Below, one piece after another: positions 41,132 to 50,168 of a stretch of DNA of 64,000 bases (position 1 is its first letter; the number at the start of each line of letters is the position of its first letter). Origin of the DNA: an uncultured Acidobacteriota bacterium (GTDB lineage Bacteria > Acidobacteriota > UBA6911 > RPQK01 > JAPXNP01); the NCBI GenBank assembly GCA_963777605.1, contig CAVZRV010000030.1, positions 352,001 to 416,000 of the forward strand, written 5' to 3'. The notes under the pieces were generated by a model that was given only the letters and a program-made list of their open reading frames with translations, searched no databases and was not told where the DNA came from. The position numbers and the translations under genes are program-made.

Positions 41132-42401
41132 CGTAAAACGGGCGTTTCTAGTGGCACTGTGCCTAAACGGGATAGCTGGCTGCTTGCCAGAAGGCCCTCC
41201 GGTCTGCAGGGAGTACTTCAGTGCATTGCCCTCTGCGAGACGCCCTTTCAGCGAGTACTCGATGAACGACCAAGTTGAGATATTCATCTGCGGACAAGCA
41301 ATGCACCCACCGTATATGCCGATTGCCACACTCGCGGGTCATGGATGTGAAATTCTCCCATTGCTCCGAGACCGATTGGTACAGACTGATGATGATCGGG
41401 TTCGTGAGGCGCTCATAACCGTGGTTTGGATTGTTGGTCAGGAACGTTGCGACCTACGGAAAAGAACGGACATCACAGAGGCCGTTCGTACTTCAATCGG
41501 AAGAATGAGATCGGCAGGAGCAAGAAGGATCGCCCTACACAGGCTGCAGGAGATGCTGAATGGGCCGATAACTCACGGGAGAATTCAAGAGAGGTGATCG
41601 CCCGGGGCGCAATGGGCGAATGCGAGGGCTCCTCCGGGAGTCGCGGTTTTGGATCGATTCTATCGACAACGATGGGACTGGTGCAGGCCAAAACTTCACG
41701 GACCTCAATCTCCAGGCGATCCAGGACGAGGTCAATCCCAACTACTCGGAGACCTATCACTACGACGAACTCTACCGGCTTGACTCGGCGGAGACCAGTG
41801 TCTGGAGCCTCTCCTGGGTCTATGACCGCTACGGCAACCGGCTGAGCCAGTCGGGATCGGGCGGCGTACCGACCGAGACCCTGACGATCAGTACCACGAC
41901 AAATCGGGTAAGCGGCTGGACCTACGATGCCGCCGGCAATGTCACGGGCGACGGCACGCACACCTATGCGTACGATGCCGAAAACCGCTTGATCACCGTC
42001 GATGCGGGAGTCACCGCGACCTACGGCTACGGCCCCAATGGCGAGCGGGTCTGGAAGGTTGCCGGAGGGGTGACGACCTACTATTACTGGGGGATCGGCG
42101 AGAAGGTTTCGGGCTCGTGGACCAAGTTCTTCGTCTCGGGCCTCGGTGGTAAGCTGGTCGAGTACAGCAGTTCGACGACGAAGTTTTTTGTCACCAATCA
42201 TCTGGGCAGTGTGGCGGCGCGCATGGATGTCAGCGGAACCCTCAGCGAAACCTATCGCTATCTCCCGTTTGGAGAACTGTTTGCCGGTACCGCAACAACC
42301 CACGAGTTCTCCGGCAAGGAAAGGGATCAGGAATCGGGCCTCGATTACTTCGGGGCGCGGTATCTGGCGTCAAGTCACGGGAGATGGATGAGCGTGGATC
42401 C
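39711..42401 (+). repeat. ~690-bp direct repeat of the Rhs core (39711-40401 and 41711-42401)
   Basis: Colinear at an exact 2000-bp offset; differences are mostly synonymous. Confidence 0.92.
41118..41597 (+). CDS. Putative immunity lipoprotein for Rhs toxin 1
   Basis: Overlaps the toxin stop; lipobox-like IAGC; lower GC. Confidence 0.65.
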   Translation: MFVGNVKRAFLVALCLNGIAGCLPEGPPVCREYFSALPSARRPFSEYSMNDQVEIFICGQAMHPPYMPIATLAGHGCEILPLLRDRLVQTDDDRVREALITVVWIVGQERCDLRKRTDITEAVRTSIGRMRSAGARRIALHRLQEMLNGPITHGRIQER

Positions 42402-43179
42402 TGCGTTGGGCAATACGGCGAACCCGCAGCGCCTAAATCGCTATTCATATGTTGGGAACGCACCAACGTCACTTGTCGACCCGAATGGCATGCAATGGAC
42501 GCTAGTAGACTGCGGAATTATGGAGAATTCGGTCAAAATCACATATGAAACACCGGAGGAAGCGGGAAGCGAATCGAGCTGGTCAGGCGGGAAGAAATAC
42601 TATTGCATTTACAGTTGGACCGCCGAGCCTCCGCCCCCGAATCCTCCCGTTCCTCCGCCGACGAAACAACAGACCGGTGAGACGCCCGCGTTGAAGGCGC
42701 TTTCGTTCTCGGCGATGCAGAACATCGTGAAAGCGAATAATCTCTCCGGGCAAAGTGATGAGTTGATTCTCTGCCAAGCTTATAGAGAAAGCAAATTCCG
42801 GCCATGGGCGGTCAACGGGAAGACCGGAGCAAGCGGTCTTCTTCAGATCCTGCCTGCAGCGGCGCTAGACATCTGGAGTGGGGAGCCTGGGGGATTTGGA
42901 GAAAACGGGTTCTCGGCCGAGACAATCAACGGGTGGTTCTCCCCCGGCGGAAGAATCTTTCAGCCTGGATTCAATATTGCCACGGGGACTGCCTATTTGG
43001 GGTGGCTGATCTCTGATTGGTCGTCGGTAGGAGGAAGCGTCTGGCAAGCGCTCGACAGATACAGCCACGGTGCCAAGGGCTACGCTGACCAGATAGTGAG
43101 TTGTGAACAAGAACTGAAGGAGGCACTTGAAAACGGTTCGGATCCAATGCCAGTTCTCAAGAAGGTGCTCCCCCAATGA
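41662..43179 (+). pseudogene. Orphan Rhs C-terminal cassette with a lytic transglycosylase (SLT) toxin domain
   Basis: Near-identical copy of the Rhs core with no signal peptide or N-terminus; tip RESKF...GASGLLQI...NI..G..YL...AL..Y..G. Confidence 0.85.
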
Positions 43180-44090
43180 AGAATAAACGATGGTGCCTCA
43201 CAATGCTTGTCGTTGAAATCGCCTTGATTGTCTGTGGTGCCGCGACCAGTGCCAACCTAGTCGAGGAGTCCGAGTTTGTAGCCTTCTGGACCACTGAGGC
43301 TGGAGATACGATCTTCAATTGCGAGGTTCAGTTCTCGGACTACGGCAAGCGTTGGCATAAGCTTGTCATTCTCAAGCAAGATTCTGACAGTGCCACTCTT
43401 GTTTACGAACCGGACTTCAGCCGAATCCAACAATTCTCAAACATTGATCTGACTGGAGACGGCGCGGACGAAATATTGACCAGTTGGTCAGATGGGATGG
43501 GTTCAGAGGCAGTCGTCATTCAGCTCGTGCCAGTTCCTCGGATCGTATTCCATCAACCGTACAAATACGGTTTTTCCGTTGAACCGCAGTTCCAGTACCC
43601 ATACTTGGATCGCATTCAGATCTTCACCGGAGCTTCGAACCCGGATGATGTAAGTGTTACTTCGTATGAATGGTCACCGGTAACAAAGCTATTCGTTGAG
43701 CGAGAATCACGGACTATCCATGCTCACCTCTTTGAAACGAGCTCGGGTTCGCCCTCGACAGGTCCGGCGAATGACGGAAGCGGCTGGCCAGAAGCTTCAA
43801 TCCGACTTGGGTCAAGGATCTTGCTGTCGCGACTGCTCCATCGCGCGGATCCAGTCGAACCGAGGGAAGCAAGCCTGGCCGGCTTAGAAGAGGAAGTTGT
43901 GGTTGAGTTGCTTGTTGATGACACGGGGAAGGTCGCGTCAGCTCGAGTCATAAAGGGCGATCCAAGGTTATCACAAGCTGTGTTGGAGGCGGTTCGGCAG
44001 TGGAGGTTCGAACCATTGATTGTCGGAAAGCACGCGGTCAAGATGCGATCTTTCGTGACGCTACGATTTCCGGAAGATTTCAGACGATAG
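43176..44090 (+). CDS. Putative immunity protein with C-terminal TonB_C domain
   Basis: ATGA coupling; signal peptide; DLTGDGADEIL; V.VELLVD.TGKV..ARV..G.P.L..A.LEAVRQWRFEP. Confidence 0.75.
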   Translation: MKNKRWCLTMLVVEIALIVCGAATSANLVEESEFVAFWTTEAGDTIFNCEVQFSDYGKRWHKLVILKQDSDSATLVYEPDFSRIQQFSNIDLTGDGADEILTSWSDGMGSEAVVIQLVPVPRIVFHQPYKYGFSVEPQFQYPYLDRIQIFTGASNPDDVSVTSYEWSPVTKLFVERESRTIHAHLFETSSGSPSTGPANDGSGWPEASIRLGSRILLSRLLHRADPVEPREASLAGLEEEVVVELLVDDTGKVASARVIKGDPRLSQAVLEAVRQWRFEPLIVGKHAVKMRSFVTLRFPEDFRR

Positions 44091-44396
44091 AAATGCTTAC
44101 TACGACGTCCGAAGTCGCAGCCGACTGAGCCGGCCGGGTTTGGGAGGGGTTCCCAGGATTCTGGGTTCAAAGTTCTTGGTGCGGCACTTGGCGAGTGGAT
44201 GGGATCCTCATAAATTCGCGGGTCGAAGGTGATCTTCTCAGTCTCGACCTGGTCTTCCGGCATTGCCATCGAGCGTACTTAGTAAGCGTCCGGTGAACCC
44301 ATCTTTCCTTCAGTAGCCTCCCGACGGATACTCCGCGACAGTGGCGCGGGGCGTGGTGCCTGTGCCGAGGAGTGCGAACTGGACCGGAGGGATCCG

Positions 44397-44747
44397 ATGG
44401 GGCGAGCGAAGCGGGATGTGGAGAAGGAGCGGTACTGGCGGAAGACGATCCGGGAGGCGGCCGGCAGTGGACTGTCGATCCGGGAGTTCTGCCGGCGGAA
44501 TGATCTGAGCGAGAGTCAGTTTCACTGGTGGCAGCGCCGGTTGAGAACGAACGAGCGCGGCGGCTCGAAACGCAAGCCCACAGATGAGAGCCGGGCGAGC
44601 TTCGCGCTGGTCAGCGAGGAGGCGGCAGGGCTGGAAGCCGGTCTGGAGCTGGTCCTGATTGACGGACGTCGGCTGCGCATCGGCCGGGGAGTGGACGAGG
44701 AGACGCTGCGGACGGTGCTCGGGGTGGTGGAGACGAGTGGGTGCTGA
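44397..44747 (+). CDS. tnpA: IS66 accessory protein TnpA
   Basis: W...I.....SGLS..EFC....LS...F.WW HTH. Confidence 0.88.
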   Translation: MGRAKRDVEKERYWRKTIREAAGSGLSIREFCRRNDLSESQFHWWQRRLRTNERGGSKRKPTDESRASFALVSEEAAGLEAGLELVLIDGRRLRIGRGVDEETLRTVLGVVETSGC

Positions 44748-45184
44748 GTTTCCCGGCGGCCGTCAAGGTCTATCTGTGCACGGTGCCCTGCGACATGCGG
44801 CGCTCCTTCGACGGACTGTCGATGATGGCCGAGCACGTGATCGGCTGCAATCCCTTCTCGGGTCACCTGCTGGTGTTCTGCAATCGCCGCTCGGATCGGG
44901 TGAAGATCCTGTACTGGGACCGGGACGGATGGGCGATCTGGTACAAGCGGTTGGAGGCGGGAACGTTCGCCTTTCCCTTTGCCGAGACGGGACGCAAGGA
45001 GATCGCGGCCTGGGAGCTGGGCGTGCTGCTGGAGGGGATCGATCTGGGTCGGGGCCGACGGCGCAAGCGCTACGCTTTGGCGGGGGAAACGGAAGCGGCG
45101 CGGCAAGGGGATGAAAAGGATTGCCGGGAGAGGGCATTTAGGGGTGGACAAAAGCCGAGAGCTCTGCTATGCTCTCGGGTATGA
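44741..45184 (+). CDS. tnpB: IS66 accessory protein TnpB
   Basis: DMRRSFDGL, VFCNRR.DRVKILYWD.DG, KRLE.G.F. Confidence 0.92.
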   Translation: MLSFPAAVKVYLCTVPCDMRRSFDGLSMMAEHVIGCNPFSGHLLVFCNRRSDRVKILYWDRDGWAIWYKRLEAGTFAFPFAETGRKEIAAWELGVLLEGIDLGRGRRRKRYALAGETEAARQGDEKDCRERAFRGGQKPRALLCSRV

Positions 45185-45541
45185 CAAACGTTTCCTCCAC
45201 CACGCTGCGCCAACAGATCGAGCAGATCCAAACCGAGCTGGCGGCTCTGGGGCCGATCCACCCCGGGAGCCTCTCCGAACAGTACAACGTCTGCGGGACG
45301 CCGGGCTGCCGCTGCAAGGATCCCGACGACCCCCAAAAGCACGGGCCCTACTACCAGTTGAGCTTCACCTGGCGGGGCAAGAGCAGCTCGCGGTTCGTCA
45401 AACAGGATCGGCTCGAGGCGACCCGCCACAAGGTGGCCAACTACAAACGAGCTGCGCGACCTGGTCAACCGGTGGGTGGACCTGGCCGTCGAATTGGAGC
45501 GGGCCGAACGCGAGGAAGCCAAAGCGCGTCATGGAGCTTGA
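45181..45541 (+). CDS. DUF6788-like Cys/His protein inside IS66 (frameshift near 45450)
   Basis: GSL..QY..CG.PGC.C......HGPYY; preceded by TGGACA-17-TATGCT. Confidence 0.7.
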
Positions 45542-47063
45542 TCCCACCCGGCTGCCGGCCGATCCGGGGGCGCTGCGGGCCATCATCCTGGGACTGGTCG
45601 AAGATCTGGAGACGAGCCGGCGTCGACTGCGCCAGGCCCAACACCTGTTGGAACAGCTGCTGCGTCACCGCTACGGAGCACGGCGGGAGCGGGTGGACGA
45701 GAACCAGCTGTTCTTGTTTGCCGCCGGGATCGTCGAAAGCGGCAAGGATCGGACACCCCCGGCCAGAGAAGAGACCCCCGCGCCGAAACCGCAAAGGAGA
45801 GGCCATGGTCGCCGGCCGCTGCCGGCCTCGCTCGAGCGCCGCCGGGTGGTCTACGACCTCGGGGAGGACGAACGGCACTGCCCCGAATGCGGGGATCCCC
45901 TGCACCACATCGGAGAGGAGACGAGCGAACGGCTCGAGTACGTCCCGGCCTGCTTTCAGGTGATCGAGGAATCGTGTCAAAAGTACGCCTGCCGGAAGGG
46001 ATGCACGGTGGTGACGGCCGACAAACCGCGGGCGCCGATCGACAAGGGAAGGCCGGGGCCGGGACTGCTGGCCCAGGTGGCGGTCTCGAAGTACGCCGAC
46101 CATTTGCCGCTGTATCGTCAGGAAGGCATCTATCGGCGGCAGGGCGTGGAGTTGTCGCGCCAGACCCTGTGCGGGTGGATGCGGCAATGCGCCGAACTCG
46201 TCGATCCTTTGTATGAACGGATGAAGCGTGAGGTCCTGAGCTCGAAGGTGGTCGGAACCGACGATACGCCGGTCAACGTCCTCGACCGGAGCCGATCGCG
46301 GACCCGGGTGGGTCGGATCTGGACCTACGTGGGGGACGACCGGCATCCTTACACGGTCTACGACTACACGCCCAATCGCAGCCGGGCCGGACCGCAAGCG
46401 TTCCTCGACGACTTCACCGGATATCTGCAGGCGGACGCCTACGCCGGTTACGATCAGCTCTATCAGGATCCCAGACGCCCGGTCGTTGAGGTGGCCTGCT
46501 GGGCACACGCCCGGCGCAAGTTCTTCGAGGCCCAGTCGTCGGACGTGATGCGTTCGACGGTTTTACTGGCCTACATCCGGCTGTTGTACGACGTCGAACG
46601 GGAGGCCCGAAAGGCCAGGCTGACGGCAAAGCAACGTGATCGGTTACGGCGCCGGCGCTCGGGGCCGATTCTCGACGACATCCACGCCTACCTGGAAAAG
46701 GAGCGGGAACAGGTCTTGCCGAAGTCTCCGATCGGGGTGGCCATCGGCTATGCGCTCTCGAACTGGCGGGCGTTGGTCCGCTACCTGGAGGACGGGGATC
46801 TCGAGATCGACAACAACCCGGCCGAGCGCAGTCTGCGAGGGATCGCCATCGGCCGCAAGAACTGGATGTTCTACGGTAGCGACAACGGCGGGCGGACCGG
46901 AGCGGTCCTGACCAGCCTCATCACCACGTGCCGCAGGCACGACATCGACCCCTTCGACTATTTGCGCGACATCTTCGAGCGTATCGGCGAGCATCCGCAC
47001 ACCCGGCTCGACGAACTCCTGCCCGATCGTTGGCAGCCTGCCCGGACGACCGCAACCTCCTGA
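45531..47063 (+). CDS. tnpC: IS66 transposase TnpC
   Basis: CPECG zinc ribbon, KYADHLPLYRQ, DDTPV, CWAHARRKF, IDNN.AER.LR, LLP..W. Confidence 0.95.
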   Translation: MELDPTRLPADPGALRAIILGLVEDLETSRRRLRQAQHLLEQLLRHRYGARRERVDENQLFLFAAGIVESGKDRTPPAREETPAPKPQRRGHGRRPLPASLERRRVVYDLGEDERHCPECGDPLHHIGEETSERLEYVPACFQVIEESCQKYACRKGCTVVTADKPRAPIDKGRPGPGLLAQVAVSKYADHLPLYRQEGIYRRQGVELSRQTLCGWMRQCAELVDPLYERMKREVLSSKVVGTDDTPVNVLDRSRSRTRVGRIWTYVGDDRHPYTVYDYTPNRSRAGPQAFLDDFTGYLQADAYAGYDQLYQDPRRPVVEVACWAHARRKFFEAQSSDVMRSTVLLAYIRLLYDVEREARKARLTAKQRDRLRRRRSGPILDDIHAYLEKEREQVLPKSPIGVAIGYALSNWRALVRYLEDGDLEIDNNPAERSLRGIAIGRKNWMFYGSDNGGRTGAVLTSLITTCRRHDIDPFDYLRDIFERIGEHPHTRLDELLPDRWQPARTTATS

Positions 47064-47125
47064 GTTCGCCGCAGCCATTCCACACGCCGGCACCACAGAT
47101 CAAGATGGGTTCACCGGACGCTTAC

Positions 47126-47569
47126 GTACGGAGTCAGGGAGATTCGAGGGCAGTAGAGGCGTACCAACTCGGCCGTGTCGATAGTGATCACGTCATGGGC
47201 TCGATCCCGATAGGGCTTCCCAATGAGCAGTCGATCCAGTCGAGCCTCGTCCACCCAGAAGAACACTTTGCTGTTCAGGAGTCGGCACCATTCACCGGGA
47301 GTCATGTCGATGAGGACCTTCCTCAGAGTCGATTCTCTAAGAACCTTTTGGTCGCGTATCACGACGTCCGGCAGACCGTCGTGGCGAAGAACAACTGATT
47401 CCTTTCGGGGCTCACACTCGATGGGATAGCGGATTTCCGGAGGGACCTGATACAGGTCGAGCAGCGCCGACGTGCTCAGAAGTCCGAGCTTACAGATGCT
47501 GTCCCACGCTCCTGCTTCGGCCATGTGGCAGACGAGCGGGTAGGTGGCGACGAGGTCCTCAACTCTCAT
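47126..47569 (-). pseudogene. DUF7002-like (DarT/ART-fold-like) protein truncated by IS66
   Basis: HM....W.SI...GLLS..ALL, IRDQ, W..LLN.KVFFW; runs into the IS66 IR. Confidence 0.6.
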
Positions 47570-48045
47570 TCCCGAGGCTCCCCTCTCCACGTACGCCGAT
47601 CGATGATGGATCGGAAATCAAACCTGGTGGAAATCAACGAAACCGGTGCTTGGGCAACGGCCTCCACTTCTTGCACGAAGCGAATGCTGTCTTCAGTAAG
47701 CTGCTCAAACCTGCGAGCTTCTCGATTCGCTTTGTCGATGTAGTCGACAAAAGACAGTGCGATATCGGTCGGTCCATTCAAAAGTGTCGCCCGGTGAAGC
47801 AGATGCCAGTCAAACTCAGCAACTCGTCGCATCCTCTTTGTTGTGGATGTTAGCTCATTCCCGAGTAGTTCTTTCAACGGAATGCGTGATCTCCTGCTCA
47901 CTTCCTTCCAGTCGATTTCTCCAGACATCGGTCCGGATGTTCCCTTCTTTGGTGACTCTACTCGGATCGGATAGGTTCTGCAGACCATTACGATTCTTCG
48001 AACCCTGGACGGGGCAATTCCCGCCTCTGACAGGCATCCGGACAC
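47566..48045 (-). pseudogene. C-terminal fragment of an adenylosuccinate synthetase-like protein
   Basis: SEAGI.P, RTYPIRV, SGP, E.TSTTKR.RRV.EFD, LNGPT.IAL.F.DY; N-terminal half absent. Confidence 0.75.
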
Positions 48046-48494
48046 TCGGGATCAATGAGGTAGTAGTCGCTATCGTGTCGCTTGGTCTTGAGCCCGCCGA
48101 CCTCCTGCTTTTCCCGCAGGAAGGCGTAATCACGTAGGGACGGTCTGCGCTCGTGTCGCTTGTAGCTTTCCAGGAGTTCCGCGATCCCTCTTGTCTGCCC
48201 GATATTCAACGGGCCTTCGACATTTCGTCTGACGTCGAAAAAGAGCTCCGCAATGTTGATGGCGAGACTCTCCAGCATGTTTCCGAGCGAGCTGTCCAGG
48301 GATCGAACCAGAGCGGTGTAGTACTGAATCTCCGGGCCGAGTGCGGCAATGAAGACATTGTGGATCTTCATGTTCAAAGTGCCATTTGGGTCGTCAACCT
48401 CCCCTTCGTGGCGAGCTTGAAAGCCGGTGGCGTAGGACTCCACGGCCGTATGCACGAGAGCCCGAATGGCACTCTCGTCGGTTACCGATTTCAT
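48046..48494 (-). pseudogene. N-terminal fragment of a type II restriction endonuclease (TdeIII-like)
   Basis: KIHNVFIAALG...RSLDSSLGN.LE, recalled family motif; truncated after DYYLID where the PurA fragment begins. Confidence 0.55.
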
Positions 48495-48662
48495 TGAGTC
48501 GGGATGTAAATAATTAGAAAGAAGTGACTTCTTCAGTATAGAGGAATGCAGAAATTCTGCAAGAACGAGCTAAACACACAGGAGAACACGACTTTCTCAG
48601 CGTGAAAGACCAGAGACTCCGCAGGAGAGCTGTACGACTCAAGAAACTAAGAGGTTTGGACC

Positions 48663-48909
48663 GTCTACAAAACTGACTACAGGGGGATTTTGAGCGGATT
48701 CCGGAAACAGCTGTAAACTATTGAAAACAAATGGTGAAGGTAATCGGACTCGAACCGCCGACCCCCTGCGTGCAAAGCAGGGCCGTTCCAAACCCGGAAA
48801 TGTCCGTTTTATGGGCTTCTTGTTTTCAGTGAGTTACGGCCAGCCTGTTGAGGTTCCTGACTCTGTGTGGGTTTGAGGGGCTCTGAGCGACTACAATTCT
48901 GACTACAGG
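48663..48909 (-). other. attP-like site with a tRNA-Ala(TGC) 3' half core
   Basis: 48732-48781 reverse complement reads CCTGCTTTGCACGCAGGGGGTCGGCGGTTCGAGTCCG..CACCA; IHF-like sites and 21-bp repeats on both sides. Confidence 0.75.
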
Positions 48910-49379
48910 CAGATGTCCCATTTCGTCATTAAAGGTTCCTCCACGGGGGCCGGGATCACCAGAAAACCTCCTCCGGACAAAGACATGTGTAATTACTGTC
49001 TTTCCCGCTGACGTAATGACTGAATCGTCCTTGCCTTGGTGAGCCGGGAAAGGCTGGATACGCCACATAATCAAATCCTCAGCGGAGACGAATGGCACGT
49101 GTTGAGCGTCTGGTCAACCGGCAGGATTGCGGACACAACTCCCGGCGCCCAGCAGGACATGCATGGACTGGCAGACTAGGCGGTTGGCTCAGCAGAGGCA
49201 GACAAGACAATCCAGTCACAACCTAAGTGTGGAGAGGCCTGCCCCGCTTGCCGAACCTCGCGCAGGGTTATCGTTTGGCACTACAGATCCACAGAGTGAG
49301 AGCCTGCCCATGGCCCACAGTTTTACCTGTTCGGTACAGCGAGAACTGAGCCGGGGCATTCAATAACCCACCGCTCATA

Positions 49380-50168
49380 GGTATTGTCAACTTAACGATG
49401 AGATGGCGATACAGGTCCCCAAAATCCGCTTTATTAGGAGATGGACGTCACCTGTTGCCAACACTCGAAAGCACGGTCCCGGAGGAGTCGATGGTGGCAC
49501 GAGCGAAGGAGGTGTCGCCCCACTCGAAACAGGTTCTGAACGGCTGCGTGAATGCTCAGGAATCGCTGGGCTTGCCCTACGGACTTGAATCGTCGCATCT
49601 GGCGTTCTCGCTGTCGAGTCGGCTGGTGTGATACCTCAACCCGGTTGTTCTCGTATTGCCCAGTTGCATGGGGAATCGTTGGAATCAGTTCTCGATGAGC
49701 GGCAGTAGCTTCCCAGCTTGTCGGTGACAAGCCTGTTGAGACCAGATCTTTGTGGGCTTTCAGGAGCTTACGAAAGAACCGCTTGGCGGCCTGTCGATCT
49801 CGTCTGTTCTGCAGCAGAATGTCGATCGTGTCTCCGTCTTGGTCGGCAGCTCGCCAGAGGTAGTCTCGTTCTCCACGGATCGTGACGAAGAGTTCATCGA
49901 GATGCCAAGTGTCCCCCAGTCGACCCTCTTTGTTCCTCAGCCTCCGCGCGTAGACCGTCCCGAACTTGCGACACCAGTACCGCACGGACTCGTACGAAAC
50001 GGCAATTCCGCGCTCAGCCAAGAGGCCCTCGACATCTCGGAAACTGAGACTGAAGCGGTGATACAACCAGAAGGCGTAACTAATGATCGGAGATGGAAAG
50101 CGATGTCGGGTGTAGCTCGGGGTGTTCATCCCGCCATTCTCGCCGACGGCCGTTAATTTGACGGTGCC
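49380..50168 (-). mobile_element. IS6 family insertion sequence
   Basis: IRs GGTATTGTCAACTTAACG / GGCACCGTCAAATTAACG; transposase 49434..50129 with YxRHRFP, WHLDE, NNRVEVSH. Confidence 0.92.

Larger units (their letters stand above)
44282..47125 (+). mobile_element. IS66 family insertion sequence (2844 bp)
   Basis: Perfect 24-bp terminal IRs GTAAGCGTCCGGTGAACCCATCTT; tnpA/tnpB/tnpC inside; no 8-bp TSD. Confidence 0.95.

Noticed and set aside
39711-42401. Rhs repeat as a diversity-generating retroelement TR/VR pair or an assembly duplication
   Set aside because: Differences are mostly synonymous and not adenine-specific, and no reverse transcriptase is present. The pattern fits an orphan Rhs cassette.
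43724-44269. Minus-strand ORF next to the IS66 left end as the continuation of the gene cut at 47126
   Set aside because: No TSD and no recognisable continuation; it mostly overlaps the TonB_C gene on the opposite strand.
48732-48781. Functional tRNA-Ala gene
   Set aside because: Only the anticodon arm to CCA is present, with mismatches; there is no 5' half.
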